Below, one piece after another: positions 1 through 12,363 of a DNA stretch of 64,000 bases. The position numbers and the translations under genes were made by a program. The DNA lies in contig NC_059444.1 of NCBI RefSeq assembly GCF_905237065.1, positions 51,942,644-52,006,643 of the forward strand, given 5' to 3'. Source of the DNA: Salmo salar (taxonomy: Eukaryota). Below the pieces are notes generated by a model that saw only the letters and a program-made list of their open reading frames with translations, searched no databases and had not been told where the DNA came from. Within the stretch, counting starts at the first letter, position 1. Each line of letters begins with the position of its first letter.

Positions 1-84
1 GAGTGGGAGGGGACTGACTCAACTGCTTCTCCCTAAAAACAGCATCCGGGGGCAGACACACACGCACACTCTTAAAGACTATCT

Positions 85-277
<193 letters not shown>

Positions 278-2547
278 CACTTAGCCAGAGTCAAGCCAAA
301 GACTGCCTTGCCCCTACTGTATGTGGCTTGGCTCACATTCCAGGCTTTGGCACACAGTGACACACTGACTGACTCCCAGAGGGAGAAGAGGTCATTCTGC
401 TCTGTGAATAACAACTAGACAAGGGCAAACACTAAGCACATAGGAGCTAATACTGACCAGGGAGGAGAGAGAGTAACAACTGACAAAACACCCCAGTGAG
501 GCATTTGTATAGAATTTGAACAAAAGAGGCAACCATCAAAGATAATGAATACATACTTAGAGAGGTGAGAGGTAAAGTGGGCAATACATTTGCAATACTG
601 AAGTGAGAGGAATGGATTGAAACTGACCAGAGATGGTAGACTATGTTTAGAATTGTGTAAATACTGTCAAGCAGACTGTCATAACATTGTTGTTGTGGAA
701 TTGGAAGATGCATGGCTCCCTTGCAAAAGAGACCCTGGTCTCAATAGGACACCCTGTTAAAGTAAAGGTAAAATGAATAAACAAGTTACCAATAAGGAAT
801 AGATGATATGGAGGTATATACTGGACAGAAGCGGGGGAAATGAAGAGTAAGCAACAAAATAAAAATGACTGCCTGTCTTTTGTGTTTATTCTAGAACCAG
901 CTCTGCTCAGTCTGTTTTTCCAGTCTAGTATATTCTCAGACTTTTTATCCTGCATCAGTATCAAGCACCACACCATCTCTCTTTCTCTCTGTCTCTCTCA
1001 CACACACACACACGCACACATACACACACACATCCTCTTTGACTCTATCTGTGCCAAACAAAGGACTGAAGCCCATGCAGCTATCCCCAATCCTCCCCTC
1101 CCTCTTCTCCTCTCCTGTTCTTTATCTCCCTCTTTCTCTCAGCCAATGAGAATGTCATTCCGCTGTATGGGTGTGCCTGCCTGTGTCTTTGTGTGTAACT
1201 GCGTACATCTGTCTTCTCGTACACTCTGTGTGTATGGATGTTTGTTTGTGCGGGGGGGGGGGGGGGGCTAATCAAGTGTGCTTCAGAGTGCATGCGAGTT
1301 ACCAGCCCTGCCTCAATCCCCAACCCAGAGTGGCTCATTCTCCCCAGATTCCAGGTATTTTTAAATGAAGACGATGAAGCAAAGATAGGTTTTTCCCTAA
1401 ATCAAACTACAGATGGTCCCATCTGTCTCTAACTCCTCCCTCCCTTCACAGAAAAGAACGATATGGAACAAATTCAGAACAAAAAAGCCCCCCCCATCAA
1501 CATCATCACATTGATCAAATATCAATTCCAATCCCTGTCACCTCCCTCCCTCCCTCCCTAACTCTTCCTTTGACTTCTGTAACATGCTCCCATAGTGTGA
1601 GATGGTTTTGACGTCACAGTTAAAAGGATCCCTTGGTTGTGTTACAGTGGTGTGGACTGACTGGAGATGAATGGTACAGTGGAAGAAAATAATCCCAGTA
1701 CAGAGAAAAGCAGATGTCCTTTTCGGCGACACCGTGTTTTGTCACATTCGGAGCAGCTCGGGAGGAGCAGCCTGGAAGGAGCAGCCTGGGAGGAGCAGCC
1801 TCGTCCTGGAAAACTATGCAGAGACTTTAAATACAGTCTGAGAGACTCATGCAACCATTGCAGCGGATCATGGCATCGTTGACCAGAGTTAGACTTGTTA
1901 GACGTGTCTCATTCAGAGGAACCAGTCTGGTTGTCACTGCCTATCCCTACCTCAGTGTTGTTCTACATGACGCCTTCGACTTTCTGAGTGATGGCGGCAG
2001 CCAGTGACGAGTGGTCAAAAACAATAGGTGGGTAACTCCCGATCACTGTTCACGGTCAAGAATGCATTTGTCTGCAAAAGGTGGATAAACACTCGAGCAA
2101 AATTAAAAATGTGCGTAAACGGCGTTTACATACATTTACCCTGCACTACACCACTGGTGGCAGCGTTGGGGTCCGTGGTGTAGGAGGTAGAGATGAGGGA
2201 CTTGTCTATCTGTTTCAGAGAACATATTACAGGCCATACATGCTCGTGCAGCAAAAAAGGGGACGAGGGACTATACTGAAGGTTGCAGGTGCTTTTGTAG
2301 AATAGTGTTTTGATCGTAGGGAAGGGGAAAAGTCTGGTTGGGATGGTTGTTTGTGTGCTGTCTTGCGATCTTGCTCCTGGTTACCACGGTGACCCTCAGG
2401 ATTTTATTATACCTAATAATAAAGAGAAAACACAAGGGTGTTTGCAAAGATGTCATCAATAATGTTATAAAGTACAAACACTGAAAACGGTTTGACTCAA
2501 ACCAGCCACAGATAGACGCAAATAAAGAACCAGACACATCAAACGCA

Positions 2548-2830
2548 GGTTGGCATTTATTGGGATGAATCTTGTCCTGGAGGCAGCTCTGCAGGGTGGT
2601 CACTAGCTGGCCAAGCCACAAAGTGGCCCCTGGGCACCAACCTCCAGGGCACCCCTCCCAACCCTGGAGGTTGGGGGCCACGGGGCACGTGCCCTGTGTG
2701 CCCGTTCTGTAAACTGGCCCTGCCCTAACCTTAACCCTAACCTTAACCTCATGCCTAAGACTAACTTTTAAAAAAGTCATTACTTTTTTACGATATAGAC
2801 AATTTTGACTTTGCGGCTGACCCATCTAGC
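2548..2830. repeat. Dispersed repeat family 'R' copy 1 (core ...cctaaccttaaccctaaccttaacc...gacaattttgactttgcggctgacccatctagcggaaacc)
   Basis: Homologous segments at 28157-28400, 29195-29360 and 45830-45995, each sharing the 'ggcagctctgcag..gtcactagctgg' head and 'ttttgactttg.ggctg..catctagcg.aaac' tail. The 184-aa ORF 2271..2825 runs through it and is not a real gene. Confidence 0.7.
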
Positions 2831-3293
2831 GGAAACCGCTCAGCTCTGCCTCCAGGACAAGATTCCTCCCAATAAACCTCAACCTACACAACAAACAGAA
2901 AATCAAAAACAGATGTTAACAGAGCTACAAAGTCCAGGATTCAATCTGATCGTGTTTGTAGACAAAGCAACTTTTAAAGGCAATGATCCCACGTTCGCAT
3001 TCACGGTAAATGCTGCATATGTCGACTCAATAGGAAATCACCTTTAAATGGCGCATTGTTGACAACGCAATCAGATTGAATCCTGGCAAAGATAGGGGGA
3101 AAAAACGAACAAAAAGGTACAACAACGGGCACTAACCTAGCCCAGCACCAAAAATCAAGCACAAACACAAACACAGACATGACCAAAGCAGGATAGAACA
3201 CACACAAACAAACAAACAAAAGCTGCACGTAACGACAGACACAAAACAGCACCGCAACAAGAACTCGAGAGCTCAGCCACTTTGGCCACTCAC

Positions 3294-3426
3294 TTCCCCA
3301 GTTTAAGACGATGGCTGCGATGATGATGATGACCCCGCCAACTAGCGAGACGATGGACAGCACCATTGCGTTCCGGCCCAGACGTCGCGCCCCGTCAACG
3401 TTCCCCAGCTGCAGGCTGTTCCTCGA
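3294..3426 (-). CDS. prrt2: PRRT2 (proline-rich transmembrane protein 2, dispanin/CD225) penultimate or last coding exon: [44 protein letters not shown]
   Basis: Translation closely matches the human PRRT2 C-terminus (...[44 protein letters not shown]...). Acceptor is ...ctccag|TCGAGG. A consensus donor GGGGAA|gtgagt sits at 3294. Read-through to the stop at 3001 would add about 80 aa of low-complexity junk. The true 3' end and the stop codon (human ends ...VYK*) are not resolved. Confidence 0.75.
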
Positions 3427-4013
3427 CTGGAGAATAGGGAGACATGTTATTGATTAGGTTACAAAATGCTAGTAAGTTTACCAAAATTCCCAGGTTGTCC
3501 AGAAATCCTGGTTGGAAGATTCCTAGAATCAGGAGGGAATTAAGCAGGAAATCCAGGAATCCATAATCTGGGATTTCTGGAAAACCTGGGAATTTTGGGA
3601 CCCTAGTTGGTGTATATAAAGGGACCACTGCATGAAGAACACAGATATGACATGTAAATAAATACACACAGTCATTCACATACCCATGCTTCAACATACA
3701 CACACAAATATACCCATGCATGCAGGCAGACAGACAGACAGACGGAGAGACAGACACACAGGAAAAACTCAATGTGAAGACAAAAGGTTAAAAGCAGTGG
3801 GTGGCAGTCCTATCTCTTCTGACCAGAACATTGGCCATCATTTTCTGTTCATTTCCCAGCAGGTGATCACTAACACATCACGGCCTCCCACTGCTTTTAG
3901 CTGTTCATCTTTGTGGTGTTTCTTAGATATCACACGCATTCATGCACACACACACATTCCTTCACAGACAACACTTACAAACCACATGTCAAATACTTAA
4001 AAGTTCCACTCGC

Positions 4014-4244
4014 CATAACAGAGAAGACGAGAGCCACGATGTTGATGGGCCACAAGGGGCAGAAGCAGGACAGGATGGCCAGGATCAGGTAGTCTCTAGG
4101 GGGTTTGCCGTTGTCCTCCTCTGTCACGGTGCTGGGCTGACGGCTGATGGAAGGCCTGGGAGACCCTGCCCCATGACCCAGCAGGGACCCAGAGCGGCTT
4201 CCTTTCCGCACCCGGCCGTTGGTTGGTTTTGCGTGTTGCAGTCG
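4014..4244 (-). CDS. prrt2: PRRT2 coding exon encoding ...[67 protein letters not shown]
   Basis: [29 protein letters not shown] is near-identical to human PRRT2 [29 protein letters not shown] (CD225 TM1). The phosphorylation-type motif region (RxxSG.PGSPR) is also conserved. The 5' acceptor was chosen at the phase-0 site cccccaag|CGACTG after a polypyrimidine tract. An alternative acceptor lies at 4300 (ccctcag|GTAATGG). The 3' splice uses an atypical donor right after ATG (gcgagt/gtggaa), giving SVM(S/A)RNSLQ. Confidence 0.8.
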
Positions 4245-6239
4245 CTTGGGGGACGAGATGGAAGATGTGGGCGAGGAGTCGGCAGCACACATTCCATTAC
4301 CTGAGGGAGGGAGGCAAGGAGGGGAAGGAGGGTGAAAAGAAGGGACAAAGAAGGAACGAGAGAATGTCCTCATAGTTTCGTCACCAAAATCGGGAATCCA
4401 GACATGATTCAACATCTATAGACGGGTTGGCTGACAACGTCACGAAAACTATGCGCGTGTATAAATGTGGCCGGAAGGTGTGTGTTGTTATGATTCTGAA
4501 CAGTCAGATAACTAGCAACAATGACAAGAAGCCAATGTGCTAGCTAGTTTAGCCTACTCAAACACCCTGCTCAAACAGAGGGATGCTATGTTAGCTAGCT
4601 GGCTATGACTATCCAACACAACACTGGAACTCTTCCAAGTCAAGGTAAGATTTTGGTTTTACAAATGTATTCCCACCGGGGCCTGCCAGCGTAACTGCTT
4701 ACTGACTGTACACTGTAATGTTACTGCATGATTGTAGCAGGTTTACTAATGCGTTAGTTCTATTAGCTATGTTGACTATGATGTTACTTTAGCTAATATG
4801 GTGACAACGATGTAGGCTGTGTGTAGCGGTTATGGTTCGGCTTGGAAAGGTTTTTTCGTCTGGTCACATACAGCTGATGTGTTGTGCATTGAAGTCCACA
4901 AGCGAAGGGAAAAGGTGAGAGGAGAGTGAATAGATGTGAGAAGGAATAGAATGAGGCTGCTATGAAAGTGAACTGTGTTTACGCATGATTAAGGGTATAT
5001 TCATTCCGCAAATTCTGTTGAAAAACGTTTCTTAAACGGAAGCAAACGGAACAAAATGGGGACAAACATACCTGAATTTGTCCAATAGAAACTTTTGTTT
5101 GCAACTGTTGGACTAATGATTACACCCTATATCAGCTAGATGCAGGCAAGAGTGTGCAAGGCGGTATTGAATGTGTCACTGTCTGTCCATGTGAATGTGT
5201 CTCTGTCTGACTCCTCAAATTTTTCTCTCAACCTGTGTGCACCTACATTGTAAACTTTCATTCATAGTCTAGGTTATAGCAACCTCATGATGGGTATAGG
5301 GAAAATTTGAGTATCATGTAGTAGCCTAAACCTATCACTGTTACATTGAACTGGGTGAATGGAATATGAATGACAATAGAATGTAATAGAAATAAGGCCA
5401 TGCTCATGAAAAATCGTCCTCCCTCATCTTAAATGGCACTGACCACCACTGATGTATAGATAGGTGTAATCTAGAGCTCTCTCTCTTGCTTCACCTTCAT
5501 TTTGGAAGAAATGAATTTGTTCAAAACTGTTCTAGAGCGTGTTGATTTTTAATCCGAGGGTATCCTGTTATTGACACACTTGTTGAATTATGCTGCACAA
5601 CCTGACAACAACAGTAATTCATGAGGCAGTCAATATATTTGTACAATTCTCAAATGGCTCTGAAACCCCTTCTGAAAAAATATTGCATTCAGAGTGCAGT
5701 ATAATTGCTATATGCTGCAAAAACTGCATCCAAGGTACCACAGTTGACTACAATTACTGCCCTTTAACTGCAGTTTCAAAACTTTAAATCTTTTTTTGGA
5801 AGGGCACAAGTGATTGACGTATGGTCTGGTCAAGCCAATGACCTACATTTACTTTTTGTTTGGAAAAGTAATAGAAAGAAAGTGTTTAATTGAAAGACTA
5901 GTGAAGGGAGGTGAGGGGGGGATTGAGTCATTGAAAAAAGAAAGGGTGCTGAAGAGAAGAGAAGGTTGCTATCTGTAAATCATGCATCTGTCTTAAGTGA
6001 TTCCCGGACGGACAGGGACAGACACTCAGGGTAATGTGAAGGGGAAGTGAAGGGACATCTCTAGAACACAAACATTCGTAGAGTCGTAGATCACAACAAC
6101 AGAGATGAGCTCAAAGTGTTGAGAGGGGTGTTAATTTGAAGTTGGGGTGGGTAGGGTGGAGGAGAAGGGGGGGTGGGGTGGAGGATGATAGGGGGAGGTT
6201 GAATATTTATTTACTGGTCTCCATCTTCTCGCTAATTAC

Positions 6240-6383
6240 TGCCAAGTGGTCTTTGGATTCCGATTGGCTGGAGTCAGGGGCTGTCTCTTGGTGCTCAGCG
6301 CTGGTTGGCTGGGAGGTGATAGTCTGCTCCGGCTGCTGTTCTCCCTCCGCTCCACTGGGGGCAGCATTGGTGTTGGAAGCCAT
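6240..6383 (-). CDS. prrt2: Putative PRRT2 first coding exon (MASNTNAAPSGAEGEQQPEQTITSQPTSAEHQETAPDSSQSESKDHLA), acidic low-complexity N-terminus
   Basis: ATG at 6383-6381, followed by a 48-codon ORF ending at the donor GCA|gtaatt (6240), phase 0. This is compatible with the phase-0 acceptor at 4244. The composition resembles the disordered PRRT2 N-terminus, but there is no sequence-level match, so it is speculative. Confidence 0.3.
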
Positions 6384-6979
6384 GGCAGAATGCGGACGAT
6401 GTTGTTTTCACTGGTAGTTTGGGCCTGTTTGATGATTGGTCTTGATTGGACTTTTGATCTTCTTCAACTGAAATGAACAGCGGAAATAGAGAACATAATT
6501 CATTTGACAGTTACTTGCATTGTGGTGTTATCGAATTACCAGTTTGTTAGCATGGAAGTCTTAGAGCTCCTGCAATGTTCTAATCAACCATACAGTATAC
6601 TATAGTCTAGCATTTCTAAACATTTTATACAGGGATACCAGGGACCAGCCAGCAAGCAATGGCTTTCTTCATTGGGACTGCTTAGATTAAACTTGACATT
6701 TTACCAAATCGTAGTCAGCTAACCATCTGAGGGGCGGGTAAGCAACATCCGGGGACCATATAGGAAGGAAACTACTCAGAGATTTCACCATGAGGCCAAT
6801 GTTGACTTTAAAATAGTTACAGAGTTTATTGGCTATGATAAAGGAATGAGGCTGGATCAACATTGTAGTTACTCCACAATACTAACCTAATTGACAGAGT
6901 GAAAAGATGGAAGACTGTACAGATTACAAATATTCCAAAACATGCATACTGTTTGTAACAAGGCACTAAAGTAATACTA

Positions 6980-7640
6980 CAAAAATTTGGCAAAGCAATT
7001 CACTTTTTGTCCTGAAGACAAAGTGTTATGTTTGGGGCAAATCCAATTTAACACATTGCAGAGTACCACTCTCCATACTTTCAAGCATAGTGGTGGCTGC
7101 ATCATGTCATGGGTATGCTTGTAATTGTTAAGTACTGGGGAGTTTTTCAGGATAAAAAAATGACGGAATGGAGCTAAGCACAGGCAAAATCCTAGAGGAA
7201 AACCTGGTTTAATCTGCTTTTCACTAGACACTGAGAGAGGAATTCACATGTCAGCAGGACAATAACCTAAAACACAAGGCCAAATCTACACTGGAGTTGC
7301 TTACCAAGAAGACAGTGAATGTTCCTGAGTGGCTGAGTTACAGTTTTGACTTAAATCTACTAGAAAATCTATGGCAATGATCAACAACCAATTTGACAGA
7401 GCTTGAACAATCCAGGTGTGGAAAGCTCTTAGAGACTTACCCAGATAGACTCACAGCTGTAATCGCTGCAAAAGGTGCGTCTACAAAGTATTGACTCAGG
7501 GGTGTGAATACTTATGTTAATGAGTATTCACACAGTTATTGTGTGTAGATGGGAACATTTTAAATTCCGGCTGTAACACAACAAAATGTGTAATAAGTCA
7601 AGGGGTATGAATACTTTCTGAAGGCATATACTGTTGGGAA
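6980..7640 (+). mobile_element. Tc1/mariner remnant (3' half of transposase plus right TIR)
   Basis: Encodes ...QQDNNLKHKAKSTLELLTKKTVNVPEWLSYSFDLNLLENLWQ... (Tc1 transposase C-terminus) and ends in '...gtattgactcaggggtgtgaatacttatg...gtatgaatactttctgaagg', the TIR typical of fish Tc1. Confidence 0.75.
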
Positions 7641-8772
7641 TAGGGTGCTATTTGGGACATAGCCAGTATGTCCATAGAAACGAGAGTTTCTGTCAGAGAC
7701 TACTGCCAATAAACATTGTACCTGCTCTGTTAATAATGCACTGTTGCCAGTAGCAACCAACTGACTGACCAATGAGAATATCTTTCCACATAGGTATGAC
7801 AGTCTCTGGGAATGTAATAGATGTTCTTCAAAGAGAGGAAATGTTTGGAAAAAAACATGTTTTTTACAACTATGCAATACAATAAAGCAATAAAACAGCA
7901 AGGAGTAGGCTATGATTGAAGATCTGCAATGTTAGACAGAGTAAATGGCAGAGGAAAAGGCACTTCTCTTATAACTAGTTGGAACCGGTTCAGGGAACAG
8001 AACCGAAAACCGGAAAATAAAGGAAATGATTTGAGGAACAGAACCCAAACCAAAAACGAAAGTGATCTATTCTGTTCCGAAACAGAACCGTTATTTTAAA
8101 TGCATGGTAAACGGTTAATAACGTTATATTAGGCTCCAGGATTTTTTTCCCAGTCCCACAAAAATCGCAACAAACTGCCTATGCAAAGCCCACACTCTGT
8201 CACTCAGAAACTTATTCCAGGTGTATTGCCGCCACCAACTGGACGGGTTGAAAAAACAGGGTAAAAAGAAAATCCATACATGATAGGGAATACTAACTTG
8301 ATTTACCACCCCAAAAAATTGTACATTGACAAAACCAAAACAAAACTCCTACTTCTTCCTTCCTTCAAATCTCCATATCTCCCTTCTCAGGCTCATGGGC
8401 TTGAGAGGGTGGTACGGCTTGTGACAACTACTCCGCTGAAAAATCTTTCAGTCCCAGGAACCGGCTCCGCCACATCCACAATGATGTGATTCTGTGGAAC
8501 TAATTAAGATTATGCATGTCATAACAAGATGCCCAGCGCTTCGAGGCAAGCCTCCATCCTCTCTCACTCTCAAAATTGCAGTTGCATCTCGCCCTACATT
8601 GTGGCAGGCAGCACAATGTGTGTGTTTGTCTTTTATTATGATTAAACCATGCTTTTACGGCAAAATAAAATTTGCTCTTACCGACTTTCCTATATAGATT
8701 AAATGACTTACCCACTCCAGAAAAGCTGCTCTATCCGGTGAAGTAATTTAGTGTTGAGCTAAAATTTAAAAT

Positions 8773-10351
8773 ACATAAAGTACCATTCAAAAGTTTGGAC
8801 ACACCTACTCATTCAAGGGTTTTTCTTTATTTTGACTATTTTCTATATTGTAGAGTAATAATGGAGACATCAAAACTATAAAATAACACATATAGAATCA
8901 TGTAATAACTAAAAAGTGTTAAACAAATCTAAATGGTTTATATTTGTGATTCTTCAAAGTAGCCACCCTTTGCCTTGATGACAACTTTGCACACTCTTGG
9001 CATTCTCTCAACCAGCTGCACCTGGAATGCTTTTCCAATAGTCTTGAATGAGTACCCACATATGCTGAGCACTTGTTGGGTGCTTTTCCTTCAGTCTGCA
9101 GTTCAACTCATCCCAAACCATCTCAATTGGGTTGAGGTCAGGTGATAGTAGAGGCCAGATCATCTGATGCAGCACTCCATCACTCTCCTTCTTGGTCAAA
9201 TAGCCCTTACACAGCCTGGAGGTGTGTTGGATCATTGTCCTGTTGAAAAACAAATGATAGTCCCACTAAGCGCAAACCAGATGGGATGGCGTATCACTGC
9301 AGAAAGCTGTGGTAGCCATGCTGGTTAGGTGTGCCTTGAATTCTAAATAAATCACTGACAGTGTCACCAGCAAAGCACCCACACACCATCACACCTCCTC
9401 CTCCATGCTTTATGGTGGGAACCACACATGCGGAGATCATCCGTTCACCTACTCTGCGTCTCACAAAGACACGGCGGTTGGAAACAAAAATCTCAAATTT
9501 GGACTCATTAGACCAAAGGGCAGATTTCCATCGGTCTAATGTCTATTGCTCGTGTTTCTTGGCCCAAGCAAGTCTCTTATTCTTATTGGTGTCCTTTTGT
9601 AGTGGTTTCTTTGCAGCAATTCGACCATGAAGGCCTGATTCACACAGTCTCCTCTGAACAGTTGATGTTGAGATGTGTCTGTTACTTTAACTCTGTGAAA
9701 CATATATTTGGGCTGCAATCTGAGGCTGGTAACTCTAATGAACTTATCCTCTGCAGCAGTGGTAACTCTGGGTCTTCCTTTGTTGTGGCAGTTCTCATGA
9801 GAGCCAGTTTCATCATAGCGACTGCACTTGAAGAAACTTTCAAAGTTCTTGAAATGTTCCAGATTAACTGACCTTCATGTCTTAAAGTAATGATGGACTG
9901 TTGTTTCTCTTTGCATATTTCAGCTGTTCTTGCCATAATATGGACTTGGTCTTTTACCAAATAGGGCTATCTTCTGTATACCACCCCTACCTTGTCACAA
10001 CACAACTGATTGGCTCAAACGCATTAAGAAGGAAAGAAATTCAACAAATTAACTTTTAACAAGGCACACCTGTTAATTGAAATGCATTCTAGGTGACTAC
10101 CTCATGAAGGTGGTTGAGAGAATGCCAAGACTCAGCAAAGCTGTCATCAAGGTAAAGGGTGGCTACTTTGAAGGATCTCAAATATAAAATACATTTTAAT
10201 TTGTTTAACACTTTTTTGGTTACTACATGATTCCATATGTGTTATTTCATTGTTTTGTTGTCTTCACTATTATTCTATGATGTAGAAAATAGTAAAAATA
10301 AAGAAAAACCCTTTAATGAGTAGGTGTGTCCAAACTTTGGACTGGTACTGT
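8773..10351 (-). mobile_element. Tc1-like DNA transposon, near full length (1.58 kb), transposase pseudogene
   Basis: Terminal inverted repeats taccattcaaaagtttggacacacctactcat (8780) and gagtaggtgtgtccaaactttggactggtactgta (10320-10351). Minus-strand ORFs 9008..9253 ([47 protein letters not shown]), 9536..9718 and 9682..9960 are frameshifted pieces of a Tc1 transposase. Confidence 0.85.
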
Positions 10352-10559
10352 ATATATTTCTGAGGTTTAAAAAGGAACAGAAAGGAACGATATAAACCCA
10401 TACTTTTTTTGTGTTCGAACCGGTTCAGAACTTTATTTTGCTGGTCAGAACATTGGAACGGAACCAAAAAAAGAATGGTTCTGTTCAGAACGAAACGATT
10501 CGGGAAAAAATTGGTTCCAACCCCTGGTTATGCCTTAATATCTAGCTGTTGACCAGGAT

Positions 10560-11720
10560 GTCATGAAGTATCAAATCAAATAAAACTTTATTTGTTACAT
10601 GCGCCGAATACAACAGGTATTACCTTACCGTGAAATGCTTACTTACAAGCCCTTAACCAACAATGCAGTTCAAGAAAGAGTTAAGAAAATATTTACCAAA
10701 TAAACTAAAGTAAAAAATAATAAAAAGTAACAGAATAAAATAACAATAACAAGGCTATATACAGGGGGGTACTGGTACCGAGTCAATGTGCGGGGGTACA
10801 GGTTAGTCGAGGTAATTTGTACATGTAGGTAGGGGTAAAGTGACTATGCATAGATAATAAAGAGTCTCATGGCTTGGGGGTAGAAGGTGTTAAGGAGCCT
10901 TTTGGTCCTAGACTTTTTGGGCTTTCCTCTGACACTGCCTAGTATATAGTTCCTGGATGACAGGAAGCTTGGCCCCAGTGATGTACTAGGCCATATGCAC
11001 TACCCTCTGTAGCGCCTTACGATCAGATGCCGAGCAGTTGCCATACCAGGCGGTGATGCAACCGGTCATTATGCTCTTGATGGTGCAGCTGTAAAACTTT
11101 TTGAAGATCTGGGGACCCATGCCAAATCTTTTCAGTCTCCTGAGGGGGAAAAGGTGTTGTCGTGCCCTCTTCACAACTGTCTTGGTGTGTTTGGACGATG
11201 ATAGTTTGTTGGTGATGTGGACACCAAGGAACTTGAAACTCTCGACACGCTCCACTACATCCCCGTTGATGTTAATGAGGGCCTGTTCGGCCCTCCTTTT
11301 CCTGTAGTACACGATCAGCTCCTTTGTCTTGCTCACATTGAGGGAGAGGTTGTTGTCCTGGCACCACACTGCCAGGTCTCTGACCTCCTCCCTATAGGCT
11401 GTCTCATCGTTGTGGGTAATCAGGACTACCACTGTTGTGTCGTCAGCAAACTTAATGATGGTGTTGGAGTCGTGTTTGGCCACGCAGTCGTGGGTGAACA
11501 TGGAGTACAGGAGGGGACTAAGCACGCACCCCTGAGGGGCCCCAGTGTTGAGGATCAGCGTGGCAGACGTATTGTTACTTACCACCTGGGGCGGCCCGTT
11601 AGAAAGTCCAAGATCCAGTTGCAGACGGAGGTGTTTAGTCCCAGGGTCCTTAGCTTAATGATGAATTGTGTGGGCACTATGGTGTTGAACGCTGAGCTGT
11701 ATCCGACTCCTCCTTAAGAT
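10560..11720 (-). mobile_element. 5'-truncated L2-like LINE copy 1 (RT C-terminal domain plus 3' UTR)
   Basis: ORF 10986..11585 (-) carries RT motifs GAPQGCVLSPLLYSMFTHDC, FADDTTVV, FKFLGVHIT...FPLRRLKRFGMGPQIFKKFYSCTIKSIMTGCITAWYGNCSASDRKALQRVV. The 3' UTR 10560-10985 (tail ...gtaacaaataaagttttatttgatttga on the minus strand) is a common salmonid LINE tail. A second copy lies at 40570-43450. Confidence 0.75.
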
Positions 11721-12363
11721 AAGCCACACCCATCAAGCCCCACCCCTCTAACCTTTATGCCACACCCCCTCCTATCTGCACACCTCTCTCAGCCTTTGGT
11801 CGTGTTCCAGGCTGACTACATTTCAGACGCCTAACAGATCTCACAACACCTTGATAGGTGTTTTAAATGTCTGCTAACTACATCATATGATAGAACAATC
11901 TGATGCCTGACTCCGCAGTCGATGACGTGGTACTCAGCCATTGGTTGGTGAAACGTAAAGTCTGCAATGTAGTCGACCTGGTAAGCGACCAAAGTCTTCC
12001 GACAGGTGACGTCACACTTACGTGGCGCTATTCCCTTACATAAGTTACACAACCTAAGTTAGCTAAGTTAGACAACCACATATCACAGTCACTTGACCAA
12101 CCAAATCTGACATAAGACAATTCTGTCAACCCTCTTATCATTTTGAATAAGAGTTAGAGTGAGGATTAGAGGTAATAAGGATTAGTCCGTATTGAATAGT
12201 AAGGCTGGGATACATTCAAACCTGCCATAGAGACAGAATCATTGGATCACTTGTTTTGGTTTTTGGTCGCAGGTTCAGGAATGGCTGAAGAATTGGAACA
12301 TTTACTTGGAGCTAACTCTGAAAATAGCACTGCTAGGTGATTTGAAAAGTCATAGTCAATCGA

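Noticed and set aside
2700-2760. Telomere-like CCCTAA/CCTAAC strings
   Set aside because: They are short, degenerate and embedded in an interspersed repeat present in at least four copies. This is not a telomere or a true interstitial telomeric array.
2271-2825. 184-aa minus-strand ORF
   Set aside because: Runs through a dispersed repeat copy (family R) and low-complexity sequence. It has no homolog-like motifs and its position is not consistent with PRRT2 exons.
3001-3366. Treating the whole 121-aa ORF as the true PRRT2 C-terminal exon
   Set aside because: Conservation with PRRT2 stops at ...LNWG, where a consensus splice donor occurs. The remaining about 80 codons are CA-repeat-derived low complexity ([22 protein letters not shown]...), so read-through is unlikely.
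6136-6476. Plus-strand ORFs 6136..6417 and 6246..6476
   Set aside because: They are the antisense of the putative prrt2 exon 1 region and are G/W/R-rich with no motif content. The minus-strand reading (MASNTNAAPSG...) is the more plausible one.
11831-12052. 73-aa ORF and a palindromic CRE-like TGACGTCA (12005-12012) upstream of the LINE RT
   Set aside because: Lies in the LINE 5'-truncation boundary and flanking sequence. A single 8-mer match is expected by chance in 64 kb. No supporting promoter architecture.
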